From Candidatus Eiseniibacteriota bacterium (GTDB lineage Bacteria; Eisenbacteria; RBG-16-71-46), in the NCBI GenBank assembly GCA_963744995.1, contig CAVUWA010000010.1:160001-224000 (forward strand): DNA of 64,000 nt, in the 5' to 3' direction. Numbering within the stretch: the first letter of the stretch is position 1; each line of letters starts with the position of its first letter. This document shows positions 35,947 through 45,952 of the stretch, one piece after another. A program made the position numbers and the translations under genes. The notes below the pieces were generated by a model. That model did not search any database. It was given only the letters and a program-made list of their open reading frames with translations, and was not told where the DNA came from.

Positions 35947-37224
35947 CTACCGCGGGGCGATCTCCTCGAGTCCGCCCAGGTACGGGCGCAGCGCGGCGGG
36001 AATGCGCACCGTGCCCCGCTCGGTCTGGTGATTCTCGAGAAGCGCTGCGTACGTGCGGGGCAGCGCCACGCCGGACGCGTTGAGGGTGTGCGGGTACTCC
36101 GGCTTCGCACCGGGCTCGCGGCGGAACCGCAGACCCATCCGCCGCGCCTGGAAGTCTTCGAACGTCGAGCACGACGAGGCCTCGAGCCAGGTGTCCATAC
36201 CCGGAGCCCAGACCTCGAAGTCGTAGCATTTGGCTGCGGCGAACGACAGATCGCCCGTGCACAGCAGCATCACCCGATACGGGATCTCGAGCGCCTCGAA
36301 GATGTCGCCCACGTCGCGCGCCAGCTTCTCGTGCTCGTCGTAGCCGGTCTCGGGCGCGACGATCTTCACCAGCTCGACCTTGTCGAACTGGTGCACGCGC
36401 ACCATCCCGCGCGTCTCGCGCCCGTAGGTGCCGGCCTCGCGCCGGTACGACGCGCACCACGCGGTGTGCCGGATCGGCAGCCGGCCCGGGTCGAGGATCT
36501 CGTCGCGGTAGATGTTCGTGACCGGCACCTCGGCGGTCGGGTTGAGGAACAGGTCGTCTTCGCCGATGTGGTACATGTCCGCCTCGAGCTTCGGCAGCTG
36601 TCCGGTGCCGAACATCGTCTCGCGCTTCGCCAGGTGCGGCGGCCAGACTTCGGTGTAGTCGTGCTGCTCGACGTGGAAGTCGAGCATGAACTGGATCAGC
36701 GCGCGCTCGAGTCGTGCGCCCGTGCCGGTGAACAGCAGGAAGCCCGAGCCGGCGATCTTCGAGCCGCGCTCGAAGTCCATGAGGCCGAGCGAGGTCGCGA
36801 TCTCCCAGTGCGGGCGCGGCTCGAAGGCGAACTTCGGCTTCTCGCCCCAGCGCCGCATCTCCTGGTTCTGCGATGCATCGCTCCCGGGCGGCACCGACTC
36901 GTGCGGCAGATTGGGAATCCACGCCGCGAGCGCTTCGCTTTCCTCGTCGAGCTTGCGCAGGTCCGCGTCGAGCCCCTTGATCCGCTCGCTCACGCCGCGC
37001 ATCTCGGCGATGTCGGCATCGGCGTTCTCGCCCTGCTTCTTCTTGCGGGCGATGTCCTCGCTCGCGGTGTTGCGCCGCGCCTTGAGCTGTTCGGTCTCGT
37101 GCAGCAGCGCGAGACGCCGTTCCTCGATCTCGTAGTAGCGGCTGAGGTCGATGGTCACGCCCTTCAGCGTGACGCCCGCTTCGACGCGTTCGCGGTTCTG
37201 CCGGAGGAATCGGGGATCGAGCAT
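35947..37224 (-). CDS. serS: Serine--tRNA ligase
   Basis: IPNLPH, GTGQLPK, PTAEVP, YRREAG, RVHQFDKVE, SSCS, HTLNASG. Confidence 0.97.
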   Translation of the reverse strand: MLDPRFLRQNRERVEAGVTLKGVTIDLSRYYEIEERRLALLHETEQLKARRNTASEDIARKKKQGENADADIAEMRGVSERIKGLDADLRKLDEESEALAAWIPNLPHESVPPGSDASQNQEMRRWGEKPKFAFEPRPHWEIATSLGLMDFERGSKIAGSGFLLFTGTGARLERALIQFMLDFHVEQHDYTEVWPPHLAKRETMFGTGQLPKLEADMYHIGEDDLFLNPTAEVPVTNIYRDEILDPGRLPIRHTAWCASYRREAGTYGRETRGMVRVHQFDKVELVKIVAPETGYDEHEKLARDVGDIFEALEIPYRVMLLCTGDLSFAAAKCYDFEVWAPGMDTWLEASSCSTFEDFQARRMGLRFRREPGAKPEYPHTLNASGVALPRTYAALLENHQTERGTVRIPAALRPYLGGLEEIAPR

Positions 37225-37237
37225 GGGCTTCCACCGT

Positions 37238-37621
37238 TTACGGATGACCGGGCGGGAGGCTGTCTCCCTGCGCGGCCTGGTCCATGTGCTTGAGCGTCTG
37301 TTCCTGCATCAGGCGCCGCGCGCGGCCGTAGGCCACCCGCGCATCCTCGTCCCGTCCGAGCCGGGTGAGCGCCATCCCGAGCCCGTAGTAGGCCGCAGGG
37401 TCGTCGCTCTTCTCCACCGCCGCGGCGCCGAACCGACGCGCCGCGAGCTCGTAGTCGCCGGCGCGGAACGCCAGGTTCCCCGCCTCGATCAGTGCCTGCG
37501 ACCGCGCCGCCGGGTCCTGGTGCTGCGTCGCCGACCCCGGCTTCCCGCCACATCCCGTGGCCAGCGCCGCGAGCAGCACGAGCGCCGTACACACCGCTCC
37601 TCTGAACGTGAAGAGACGCAT
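37238..37621 (-). CDS. TPR lipoprotein
   Basis: Lipobox-like LATGC; TPR GNLAFRAGDY..AYYGLGMAL. Confidence 0.75.
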   Translation of the reverse strand: MRLFTFRGAVCTALVLLAALATGCGGKPGSATQHQDPAARSQALIEAGNLAFRAGDYELAARRFGAAAVEKSDDPAAYYGLGMALTRLGRDEDARVAYGRARRLMQEQTLKHMDQAAQGDSLPPGHP

Positions 37622-37707
37622 ACGGCCCGGAATATGCGGGAGCCCCATGCGGGCGGCAAGCGGATTCGAGCCCCCGGGCGCGGCCGCACGAACGGCGGGC
37701 CGCGGCG

Positions 37708-38091
37708 TCACGCCCCGGCCGCCGCCTTGCTCTTCGCCGCCTTGCGCGTCGCCTTCTTCTTCGCCTTGCGCGGCGATACCGCACGCTTCACCGCACGCTT
37801 CTTTGCTCCGGCCGCAGCCTTCTTCTTCGAGCGCGTGGCCGCGATCCCGAGCGAGATTCCGGCCGAGCGCAGCAGGGAAGCCGCCTGGTCGGAGGGCGCC
37901 GCGCCGTTCTTGAGCCAGGCTTCGACGCGATCCTTGTGAATCACGAGTTCGAACGGATCCGCGATCGGGTTGTAGTGGCCGAGGATCTCGAGAAACCGGC
38001 CGTCACGCTGGCGGCGCGAATCGGCCGCCACCATCCGGTAGAACGGGCGCTTCTTGGCGCCGGCACGCATCATTCGAATGACCACCGACAT
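37708..38091 (-). CDS. rpsP: 30S ribosomal protein S16 with Lys/Ala-rich tail
   Basis: [33 protein letters not shown]. Confidence 0.96.
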   Translation of the reverse strand: MSVVIRMMRAGAKKRPFYRMVAADSRRQRDGRFLEILGHYNPIADPFELVIHKDRVEAWLKNGAAPSDQAASLLRSAGISLGIAATRSKKKAAAGAKKRAVKRAVSPRKAKKKATRKAAKSKAAAGA

Positions 38092-38145
38092 GCACTGCCT
38101 CCTTGTGTCGCTCCATGGGCGCGCGGGGCGCCCGTTCGTGAACCG

Positions 38146-39471
38146 CTACCTTCTGCCGCGCATGCCGGCGAGGCCGCGAGGCATCTTCTTCAACCGCTTC
38201 ATCATCGTCTTCGCCTGGCCGAAATCCTTGAGCAGTCGATTGACGTCCGTGACGGTGGTGCCGCTGCCCGCCGCGATCCGCCGCCGCCGGCTGCCGTCGA
38301 TCACCCGCGGCAGCCGCCGCTCGCGCGGCGTCATGCTGAGCAGGATCGCCTCGTAGAACTTCATCCGCTCGGCGCCCGGGCCGACCTCGGCGAGCGCCTG
38401 TTTCGGCACGCCCGGAATCATCTTCATCAGGTCCTCGAGCGGGCCCATCTTCTTCACCTGCCGCAGCTGGTCGAGGAAATCGTCGAGCGTGAACTCCGAC
38501 TTCCGCATGCGCCGCGCCAGCCGTTCGGCATCCTCCTCGGCGACCGCGCTGCGGGCCTTCTCGACCAGGCCGACGACGTCGCCCATGCCGAGGATCCGCC
38601 CGGCAAGGCGGCTCGCCTGGAACACCTCGAGGCCGTCGAGCTTCTCGCCGACGCCGAGGAACAGGATCGGCCGGCCCGTCACCGCACGCAGCGACAGGGC
38701 CGCGCCGCCGCGCGCGTCGCCGTCCATCTTGGTCAGCACGAAGCCGTCCACGCCGATGTCGCCGGTGAACGCGCTCCCGATGCGTACCGCCTCCTGCCCC
38801 GTCATGCCGTCCACCACCAGCAGGACCTGATGGGCCCGGCTCGCGGCGCGCACCTCCTTGAGCTCGGCCATCAGATCCGCGTCGATGTGCAGGCGGCCCG
38901 CGCTGTCCACCACCAGGAAGTCGAAGCCGCGGCGCCGCGCTTCGTCGAGCGCGCCGCGCGCGATGTCCACCGGCCGGGTGCCTTCGGGAGCGCGCCAGAA
39001 GCCGGCCTGCGCCTGGCTCGCGACCCGCTCCAGCTGGTCGATGGCCGCCGGGCGGTAGATGTCGGTGCTCGCGAGCATCACGCGCTTGCCCTTCGCACCG
39101 AGCCACACCGCGAGCTTGCCCGCGAACGTCGTCTTGCCGGCGCCCTGGAGTCCGGCGAGCAGCACGACCGTCGGCACGTGCGGCGAGCCGGCCAGCGTGA
39201 TCGGCGCCCCGCCGAGCAGCTTCTCGAGCTCCTCGTGGACGATGCCGACGACCTGCTGCCCCGGCGTGAGACTCTTCAATACGTCCTCGCCGACGGCGCG
39301 CGCTTCGACCTTCGCCACGAAGTCGCGCGCGACCCCGACCTGGACGTCGGCTTCGAGCAACGCGCGGCGCACGTCGCGCAGGCTCTCTCTGATGTTGTCT
39401 TCCGACAGCTTGCCGCGGCCCGTCAGGCCGCGCACGACGCCGTTCAATCGATCTGCGAGTGCTTCGAACAT
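38146..39471 (-). CDS. ffh: Signal recognition particle protein
   Basis: ALLEADV, GLQGAGKTT, DSAGR, TKMDGDARGG, RILGMGD, M domain SRRRRIAAGSG. Confidence 0.97.
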   Translation of the reverse strand: MFEALADRLNGVVRGLTGRGKLSEDNIRESLRDVRRALLEADVQVGVARDFVAKVEARAVGEDVLKSLTPGQQVVGIVHEELEKLLGGAPITLAGSPHVPTVVLLAGLQGAGKTTFAGKLAVWLGAKGKRVMLASTDIYRPAAIDQLERVASQAQAGFWRAPEGTRPVDIARGALDEARRRGFDFLVVDSAGRLHIDADLMAELKEVRAASRAHQVLLVVDGMTGQEAVRIGSAFTGDIGVDGFVLTKMDGDARGGAALSLRAVTGRPILFLGVGEKLDGLEVFQASRLAGRILGMGDVVGLVEKARSAVAEEDAERLARRMRKSEFTLDDFLDQLRQVKKMGPLEDLMKMIPGVPKQALAEVGPGAERMKFYEAILLSMTPRERRLPRVIDGSRRRRIAAGSGTTVTDVNRLLKDFGQAKTMMKRLKKMPRGLAGMRGRR

Positions 39472-39585
39472 GCCCCCCACCAAGGAAATTGGAGCGGGCA
39501 CTCTAGCACAGTGGAGTCGGGCCCGGAACGCAAATGAGAGAATAGAGTTGTGGAATCGAGTTCGGGCTTGACCCGGCGCCTATTC

Positions 39586-39616
39586 TGGTCTATGCCATTC
39601 GACCATGATTAGACCA
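39586..39616. promoter_or_regulatory. Inverted repeat TGGTCTA..TAGACCA over the gntR promoter/start (putative operator)
   Basis: TGGT/ACCA half-sites are typical of some GntR operators; TTGACC at 39568. Confidence 0.35.
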
Positions 39617-40567
39617 CCTGATCCATCCAGCCCGGTTCCGCTCTTCAGCCAGATCACCGAGCAGCTGCGCTGGCAGGTTTCGACCGGGGCGCTGCGCCCC
39701 GGCACGCCGCTCCCCGCAACGCGCGACGCCGCCACGGCATGGCGCGTTCATCGCCACACCGTGGGGCGCGCCTATCGCGAACTGCGCGACGCCGGCCTGC
39801 TGGTGCCCGGGCCCGGCGGGCGCATGGTGGTCAGCGGCGGAGTGTCCGAGCCGCCCGCCGCCTCCCCGGGCGTCGAGTCGTTCATTCGCGAGATGCTGGA
39901 CGTTGCGGCGACCCAGCTCGGGCTTTCACCCGCCGCGCTCTTCGCCGCCCTGCGTGCGCAGGTCGGCAGCGACGTGGAGTCCGGCCGTGTCTGCGTGGTC
40001 GAGTGCAGCGCCGATCAGTGTGCCGATCTCGAGCGCCAGATCGGCGGAGCCTGGCAGGTCGCGGTGGACACGTTCGATCTGACGGCCGCAGGCGAACCCC
40101 CCGCCGGTCCGCTGGTCACCACGCTGTTCCATTTCGACGACGCCCGCAGCCGCTGGCCGCACCGGCTCGGGGACATCCGCTTCGTCGCCGCGGCGATCGA
40201 CCCCGTGGTGCGGGACCTGGTCGAGCACGTGGCGGGGACGGCGCCCAGGCCCGACGTGGCGCTGCTCGTCGAGCACGACACCGTCGCCGGACTCTCGCTC
40301 GTCGAGGAGCTCGAGGCCCTGCTGGGGCCGCGCTTCCCGGTGCGGCTCGAGGTGTTCGAGCATCGCGGCGGGCGGGCGCCGCTGCCCTCCGCGCACGTCG
40401 TGCTGGCCACCCCCGCGGCGTGGAACCGGCTGCGCGACGAGGACCGCGGGCGGGTTCACGTCGTCCGGCTGCGCTATGCCATCGACCGCCGTGACCTCGG
40501 CACCCTGGGCGTGGTGCACGGCTGGCGCGAGCGGCCGGCCGCGCCGACACGGGTGCACGCATCGTGA
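39605..40567 (+). CDS. GntR family regulator with extended C-terminal domain
   Basis: PLFSQITEQLR..GALRPG..LPATR..HTVGRAYREL. Confidence 0.85.
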   Translation: MIRPPDPSSPVPLFSQITEQLRWQVSTGALRPGTPLPATRDAATAWRVHRHTVGRAYRELRDAGLLVPGPGGRMVVSGGVSEPPAASPGVESFIREMLDVAATQLGLSPAALFAALRAQVGSDVESGRVCVVECSADQCADLERQIGGAWQVAVDTFDLTAAGEPPAGPLVTTLFHFDDARSRWPHRLGDIRFVAAAIDPVVRDLVEHVAGTAPRPDVALLVEHDTVAGLSLVEELEALLGPRFPVRLEVFEHRGGRAPLPSAHVVLATPAAWNRLRDEDRGRVHVVRLRYAIDRRDLGTLGVVHGWRERPAAPTRVHAS

Positions 40568-41898
40568 GGGCACGACTCGCCATCGCGCTGGCGCTGATCG
40601 CCGCCTGCGGCGCCGATCCCGCCGCTGCGGCTGCCCCTTCGTTCGCCGGACACTGGGAGGGTGCGTACGGCCGCCTCGGTTCGATCCAGCTCGTCCGCCT
40701 GGACCTGGTGGAGCACGACGGCGCCTTCTCCGGCACGTTCGACGTCCCCGAGCTCGACCTCGAGCGGGAACCGATCCGCGCGGCCGCGCTCGATTCCGCC
40801 GGCCTCGAGCTGCGCCTCGTCTACGGCCCCTTCACCATGCGCCTCTCGGCCGACGGGTACGAGATGACCGGCGGCAACCGGCGCTGGAATCCGCCGCTCA
40901 CCCTTCACCTCAAGCGCGCCGTCGCCACCGAGCCGTGCGGACCGCCGCGCGAAACGATGACGTTCGCCAGCGGCAGCGTCAGGCTGGCCGGCACGCTGGT
41001 GCTGCCCGCAACGCCGGGTCCCCACCCCGCGGTCGCGATCGTGCACGGGTCGGGGCCGCAGAGCCGCGCCGACGGTTTGTACCGGCGCTGGGGCCGCTTC
41101 TTCGCCCGGCGTGGCGTGGCCGCGCTGATCTACGACAAGCGTGGCGCCGGCGAGTCCGGTGGCGATCTCGAACGCGCGACGTTCGACGATCTCGCCGGCG
41201 ACGCGCTGGCCGCCGTGCGGGCGCTCGCCGCGCGAGGAGACGTTCGCGCCGACGCGATCGGGCTGGTCGGCATCAGCCAGGGCGGCTGGGTCGCGCCGCT
41301 CGCCGCCGCGCGCGACTCCATGGTGCGCTTCCTGATCCTCGATGCCGGCCCCGCGGTGAGCGTGCGCGAGCAGGAGCTGCAGCGGGTCGAGTACACGCTG
41401 CGTGCGAACGAGTTCTCCGCAACCGACGTCGCGGCGGCGCTGGCCTACGTGAAGGAGGTCTTCCGCGCCGCCTACGGGCACGAGGGCGACGCGCGGCTCT
41501 TCGCGCGCGCCGCGGCGGTGAAGAAACGCCCGTGGGCCGCCCACGTGGGCGTGATCGAGTCCGAGGCCGATCTCGACGGCTGGCGCCTGATCCGCTACGA
41601 CCCGGCTGCCGTGCTGCGTCGCACGACCGTGCCGCTGCTGGCGCTGTACGGCGAGAACGACGTCCTGGTTCCGCCCGCCGAAAACGTTCACGTGTTGCAC
41701 GACCTGCTCGACGCGGCGGGCAACCGCGACGTCACCATTCGCGTGATCCCCGGCGTCGGTCACGACATGGAGACGTTCGGCCGGCTCGAAGGCGGCCGCT
41801 GGGACTGGCCCACGGCCTACTGGGTGTGGCCGCGGCACTCGCGCGCGTTCGACGCAGCCATCGACGAATGGCTCGCCGCGCACGGGCTCGGGCGATGA
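40564..41898 (+). CDS. Secreted alpha/beta hydrolase
   Basis: Signal peptide; HGSG, YDKRG, nucleophile elbow GISQG, GENDVLV, VGH. Confidence 0.88.
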   Translation: MRARLAIALALIAACGADPAAAAAPSFAGHWEGAYGRLGSIQLVRLDLVEHDGAFSGTFDVPELDLEREPIRAAALDSAGLELRLVYGPFTMRLSADGYEMTGGNRRWNPPLTLHLKRAVATEPCGPPRETMTFASGSVRLAGTLVLPATPGPHPAVAIVHGSGPQSRADGLYRRWGRFFARRGVAALIYDKRGAGESGGDLERATFDDLAGDALAAVRALAARGDVRADAIGLVGISQGGWVAPLAAARDSMVRFLILDAGPAVSVREQELQRVEYTLRANEFSATDVAAALAYVKEVFRAAYGHEGDARLFARAAAVKKRPWAAHVGVIESEADLDGWRLIRYDPAAVLRRTTVPLLALYGENDVLVPPAENVHVLHDLLDAAGNRDVTIRVIPGVGHDMETFGRLEGGRWDWPTAYWVWPRHSRAFDAAIDEWLAAHGLGR

Positions 41899-42467
41899 AA
41901 CATCCCGAGCGTCCGCCGGACGTCGCCGCGCTGCTCGCCGCGCTCGATGCGCACGGCGTGGAATGCGTGCTGGTCGGCTCGGTGGCCGCCCGCGCCTACG
42001 GCGCCGAGATCCAGCCGGGCGATCTCGACGTCGTGCCGTCGCTCGAGCGGGCGAACCTCGAGCGGCTCGCCGCCATGCTCGAGTCGATCGAGGCGTCGAT
42101 CAGCGGCCGGATCGGGGTCTGGACGCTGCAGGAGAACGGCGAGCGACGCTGGATCGAGGCCGACGAGACGCCCGCCGAGCACGCGGCGCGCGCCGCGGCC
42201 TGGGCGCCCGACCCGGACGACGTGGCGACGTTCGACCATCTGTTCATGACGCGCCACGGCAATTTCGACACCCCGCCCGAGATCTGCGGCACCTACGAGG
42301 CGCTGGCGCCGCGAGCGCGCGCGGGACGCGTCGCCGGGGTGCGGGCGCGCATCGCGCACGTGGACGATCTGCTCGAGCGGCTCACGGTGCCGCGGCGCGC
42401 GAAAGACGTGCCGCGCGTCGCGGCGCTGCGGGCGGCACAGCGCGCAGGACGGACGCCGGGGGACTGA
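41895..42467 (+). CDS. Nucleotidyltransferase-fold protein
   Basis: VLVGSVAARAYG..GDLDVVP (GS..DxD), C-terminal RAKD; ATGA overlap. Confidence 0.65.
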   Translation: MKHPERPPDVAALLAALDAHGVECVLVGSVAARAYGAEIQPGDLDVVPSLERANLERLAAMLESIEASISGRIGVWTLQENGERRWIEADETPAEHAARAAAWAPDPDDVATFDHLFMTRHGNFDTPPEICGTYEALAPRARAGRVAGVRARIAHVDDLLERLTVPRRAKDVPRVAALRAAQRAGRTPGD

Positions 42468-42576
42468 AGTACGCGGCATGGAGGCCGCGATGCGCGCAGG
42501 GCGGGCACGGACGCCGCGGGTCCTGCGCGCATGATTCGAGCGGACGGGCGCCGGCCGCGCCGCGCCGCCGCCTGCG

Positions 42577-43266
42577 TCAGGCGCCGATCGCCGCGCGCAA
42601 TGCGCGCAGCGCATCGAGCGGGCGGGCCGCGCCGTAGATCGAGCTGCCCGCGACGAAGACCTCGGCGCCGGCTTCCCGGCAGATCGGGGCGGTGACCGGA
42701 TCCACGCCGCCATCCACCTCGATCCGGTAGCCGAAGCCGCCGCGTTCGCGCCGCGCGTGAGCCTCGCGCACCTTGCCCATCATGTCGGCCATGAACGCCT
42801 GCCCGCCGAAGCCGGGTTCCACGGTCATCACCAGCAACAGGTCGATCGCACCGAGGTGGGGCGCCGCCGCCTCGAGCGGCGTGCCGGGCTTGATCGCGAG
42901 CCCCGCCCTGAGCCCCGCGGCGCGGATCGCCGAGAGCGCACCGCCCACGCCCGAATCGTGGCGTGCCTCGACGTGCACGGTGAGCTGATCGGCGCCCGCG
43001 TCGCGGAACGCCCCGATCAGGCGTTCGGGATGATGGATCATCAGGTGGACGTCGACGAACGCGCGCGACAGGGCCCGCACCGCCTTCACGATCAGCGGGC
43101 CGAAGGTGAGGTTCGGTACGAAGTGGTTGTCCATCACGTCGCAGTGCGCCCAGTCGCGGGCCGGGTCGACGATCGCCAGCGCGCGGTCCAGATGCGCGAA
43201 GTCGGCCGACAGGATGCTGGGCGCGGCGGTCGGCCCGGCCGGCCATGTGCGGGCTCCCGGCGTCAT
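42577..43266 (-). CDS. rpe: Ribulose-phosphate 3-epimerase
   Basis: APSILSADF, HCDVMDNHFVPNLTFG, DVHLM, MTVEPGFGGQ, VDGG. Confidence 0.96.
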   Translation of the reverse strand: MTPGARTWPAGPTAAPSILSADFAHLDRALAIVDPARDWAHCDVMDNHFVPNLTFGPLIVKAVRALSRAFVDVHLMIHHPERLIGAFRDAGADQLTVHVEARHDSGVGGALSAIRAAGLRAGLAIKPGTPLEAAAPHLGAIDLLLVMTVEPGFGGQAFMADMMGKVREAHARRERGGFGYRIEVDGGVDPVTAPICREAGAEVFVAGSSIYGAARPLDALRALRAAIGA

Positions 43267-44261
43267 CGGATCAGACGCCCCAGCGCCTGCAGCACGACCG
43301 TGTCGCGCCGGCTGATCTGCGCGCCGGGGCGCGGCTGCTGGAACACGATCGTGCCGATCGGCGCGCTGCCGGGCGGGACCCGCACGTGCAGGCCGAACGC
43401 CTCGAGCTGCGAGCGCGCGCGGCTGATTTCGCGCCCGAGCAGATCGGGCATCAGGAACGCCTCCTGCCCGGCACCGGCCGAGACCAGCAGGCTCACCGGG
43501 GTGTCGCGCGGCAGCACGCTCTCGGCGGGCGGATCGGAGGCGAGCACCAGCCCGTCGCCCATGTCGGTGGAGGGTGCGCGGGTGATGCGGCCGAGCGCCA
43601 GCCCGGCGCTCTTCAACAGCTGCTCCGCGCTGCGCCGCGATTCGCCATAGAGGGCCGGCACCGAGCTGAACTCCTCGCCGAGGCTCACGATCACCTGCAC
43701 CGTCTTCTGCCGGCGCACGGGCGAGCCCGGTCCCGGGTCCTGCGAGATGATGAAGCCGCGCGGCACGTCGGTTTCGAAGCGCTCGCCCGCGCGCGAGACC
43801 TGCAGGCCGTGCTGGCCGAGCACCGCCTCGGCCTGATCGAGCGACAGCTGGTGCACGTCAGGCACCCGCACCTCCGCCTTGCTGTGGATCAGTCCCGGCA
43901 TCAGCAGGTAGTTGAACACCACGAGTCCGGTCGCGAAAGCGGCGATCGCGAACACCGACATCACGACGAGATGGACGACCTTCGGTCGGCCGCGCGGCGG
44001 CGCGGACCCGGTCGGCGCATCGATCGGACCGGGGGCAGCGTCTTCCCGGGACGCGGCATCGGCATCGTGCTCCGCCCCCCCGGAGGCGGCCGTGCCGCCC
44101 GCCTCCACTGCGGCCGCGCCGGCGCCGGCGCCCGTCGCACCGCGCGCCCCGGACGGTGCTTCCTCGGCGCCGGATGCACGCGATGCCGCACCGGGATCCG
44201 CGGCGTCCGGCGCCGCGTCGGGCCCGGGCTTTCCGCCGTGCCGTTCCTGCCGGTCGCTCAC
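43263..44261 (-). CDS. PASTA domain-containing membrane protein
   Basis: Disordered N-terminus, one TM, three PASTA repeats (VPDV.., VPAL.G, MPDLLG). Confidence 0.88.
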   Translation of the reverse strand: MSDRQERHGGKPGPDAAPDAADPGAASRASGAEEAPSGARGATGAGAGAAAVEAGGTAASGGAEHDADAASREDAAPGPIDAPTGSAPPRGRPKVVHLVVMSVFAIAAFATGLVVFNYLLMPGLIHSKAEVRVPDVHQLSLDQAEAVLGQHGLQVSRAGERFETDVPRGFIISQDPGPGSPVRRQKTVQVIVSLGEEFSSVPALYGESRRSAEQLLKSAGLALGRITRAPSTDMGDGLVLASDPPAESVLPRDTPVSLLVSAGAGQEAFLMPDLLGREISRARSQLEAFGLHVRVPPGSAPIGTIVFQQPRPGAQISRRDTVVLQALGRLIR

Positions 44262-45952
44262 GTCTTCCTCAGCCGGGCCGCGAACGCGCCGTCGCATCCG
44301 TGCACGTGCGGCAGCACCCGCATGAAGCCGTCCGCATCCACCACGCCCTCCGGCAGGAACGCTGCCGCCGACTCGAGCACGAACGAGCCGCTGGAGCGCA
44401 GGAAGCGCTCGATCACGCCGGTCGTCTCTTCGGGCTCGAACGAGCACACGCTGTAGACGATCGCGCCGCCGGGTCGCGCGCGCGCAGCGGCCGCATGCAA
44501 CAGCTCGATCTGCAGCTGCGGCATCTCGCGCAGCACCTCCGGACCCTTGCGCCAGCGCGCGTCGGCACGGCGGCCGAGCACGCCGAGGCCCGAGCATGGT
44601 GCATCCACCAGCACGCGGTCGAACGGCATCGGGAACGCATACGTGCGCCCGTCGCCCTGCACGGCGTGGATGCAGTGGAGACCGAGGCGCCCGATCGTGG
44701 CCTCGATCGAGGCCACCCGTTCCGGCGCGCGATCGAGCGCCCACACCTCGCCTTCGTCGCCGATCTTCTCGGCGAGGTGCGTGCACTTGCCGCCGGGCGC
44801 CGCGCAGAGGTCGAGGATCCGGTCGTGCGGCTCGGGCGCCACCAGGCGCGCTACGAGCGCCTCGCTCTCGTCCTGCGCGGTGCACCAGCCTTCGCGGAAC
44901 ACCTGGAGTGCGCCCGGCGAGGCCGGTGTCTCGAGCCAGACGAGATCGTCGGCGAGCCGCGCCGGCACGGCGGCGATCCCTTCGGCGGCGAGCCGCTCGA
45001 CGAGCTGCTCGCGCGTCCCGCGCATGACGTTGACACGCAGGCCGACCGGCACGGCGCGGTTATTGGCCTCGAGCAGCGCGCGCGTCGCCTCGGGGCCGAA
45101 GCGCCGCAGCCAGCGCTCGACGATCCAGAGCGGATGCGAGCCCCATACCGCGAGGGATCCGGCGTCATCGCCTGCGGGGATGTCGAGTGCGGCCTTCTCT
45201 TCGATCAGCCGCCTGAGCACGCTGTTGACGAGCCCCGCGGTGCCGGGATGCCCGTACTTGTGCGCGAGCTTCACCGACTCGTCCACCGCGGCGTGGGCAG
45301 GAATGCGGTCGAGGAACAGCAGCTGGTAGGCGCCGAGCCTCAGCACGTTGCGGACCCACGGCTGCACCTGCGAGAGGCCGATGTGGATGCGGGCATCGAG
45401 GACGTAGTCGAGCCGGCCGCGCCAGCGCAGCGACCCCTTGACCAGCTCGTGCATGAGCGCGGCGTCGCGCGCGTCGGGCCCGCCGCGTGCGTGCGCGCCG
45501 TCGAGCAGCCGGTCGCTGAACGCGCTGCGCGTGTCCACCGCATGCAGGATGCGCAGCGCCGCCTCGCGCGGATTGGAAGGCAGCGCCGGTGCCTCGCGCG
45601 GCTCGCGTCCGTCGCGGCCGTTGCGCCCGCGCGGTGCGCCGCTGCCCGGACCGCGGTCCCGCCGGAAGCGGCCGCGCGGCCGCTTGTCTTCATAGATCGG
45701 GCGAGAACGGTTCACGGCGTCCGCCTGTCCGCCGCGCGGGCGGCGGTCGTTCGTCGCGCCGCCGGCGGGAGGATCGGTGCGCGGCCCGCTGCGTTCGAAA
45801 CGCCGACGGTCGCCCGTGCCACCGCGCGCGGCGTTGCCGGGATCCGTGTTGCCGCGCGGCGCGCCGCGACGGCCCGCGCGTCCATCGCCACGCCGCTTGC
45901 CGCGCGCCGGACCGCGCCCGTCGCCCGGGCGGCCCGGCCGTTCGTCGCTCAT
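44258..45952 (-). CDS. rsmB: 16S rRNA m5C967 methyltransferase with long Arg/Gly-rich N-extension
   Basis: NusB-like domain (LRLGAYQL, AAVDESV), QDE, DLCAAPGGK, DAPCSGLG, YSVCS. Confidence 0.94.
   Translation of the reverse strand: MSDERPGRPGDGRGPARGKRRGDGRAGRRGAPRGNTDPGNAARGGTGDRRRFERSGPRTDPPAGGATNDRRPRGGQADAVNRSRPIYEDKRPRGRFRRDRGPGSGAPRGRNGRDGREPREAPALPSNPREAALRILHAVDTRSAFSDRLLDGAHARGGPDARDAALMHELVKGSLRWRGRLDYVLDARIHIGLSQVQPWVRNVLRLGAYQLLFLDRIPAHAAVDESVKLAHKYGHPGTAGLVNSVLRRLIEEKAALDIPAGDDAGSLAVWGSHPLWIVERWLRRFGPEATRALLEANNRAVPVGLRVNVMRGTREQLVERLAAEGIAAVPARLADDLVWLETPASPGALQVFREGWCTAQDESEALVARLVAPEPHDRILDLCAAPGGKCTHLAEKIGDEGEVWALDRAPERVASIEATIGRLGLHCIHAVQGDGRTYAFPMPFDRVLVDAPCSGLGVLGRRADARWRKGPEVLREMPQLQIELLHAAAARARPGGAIVYSVCSFEPEETTGVIERFLRSSGSFVLESAAAFLPEGVVDADGFMRVLPHVHGCDGAFAARLRKT

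Noticed and set aside
39520..42480. Mobile element or prophage
   Set aside because: No integrase, transposase, terminal repeats or target duplication seen
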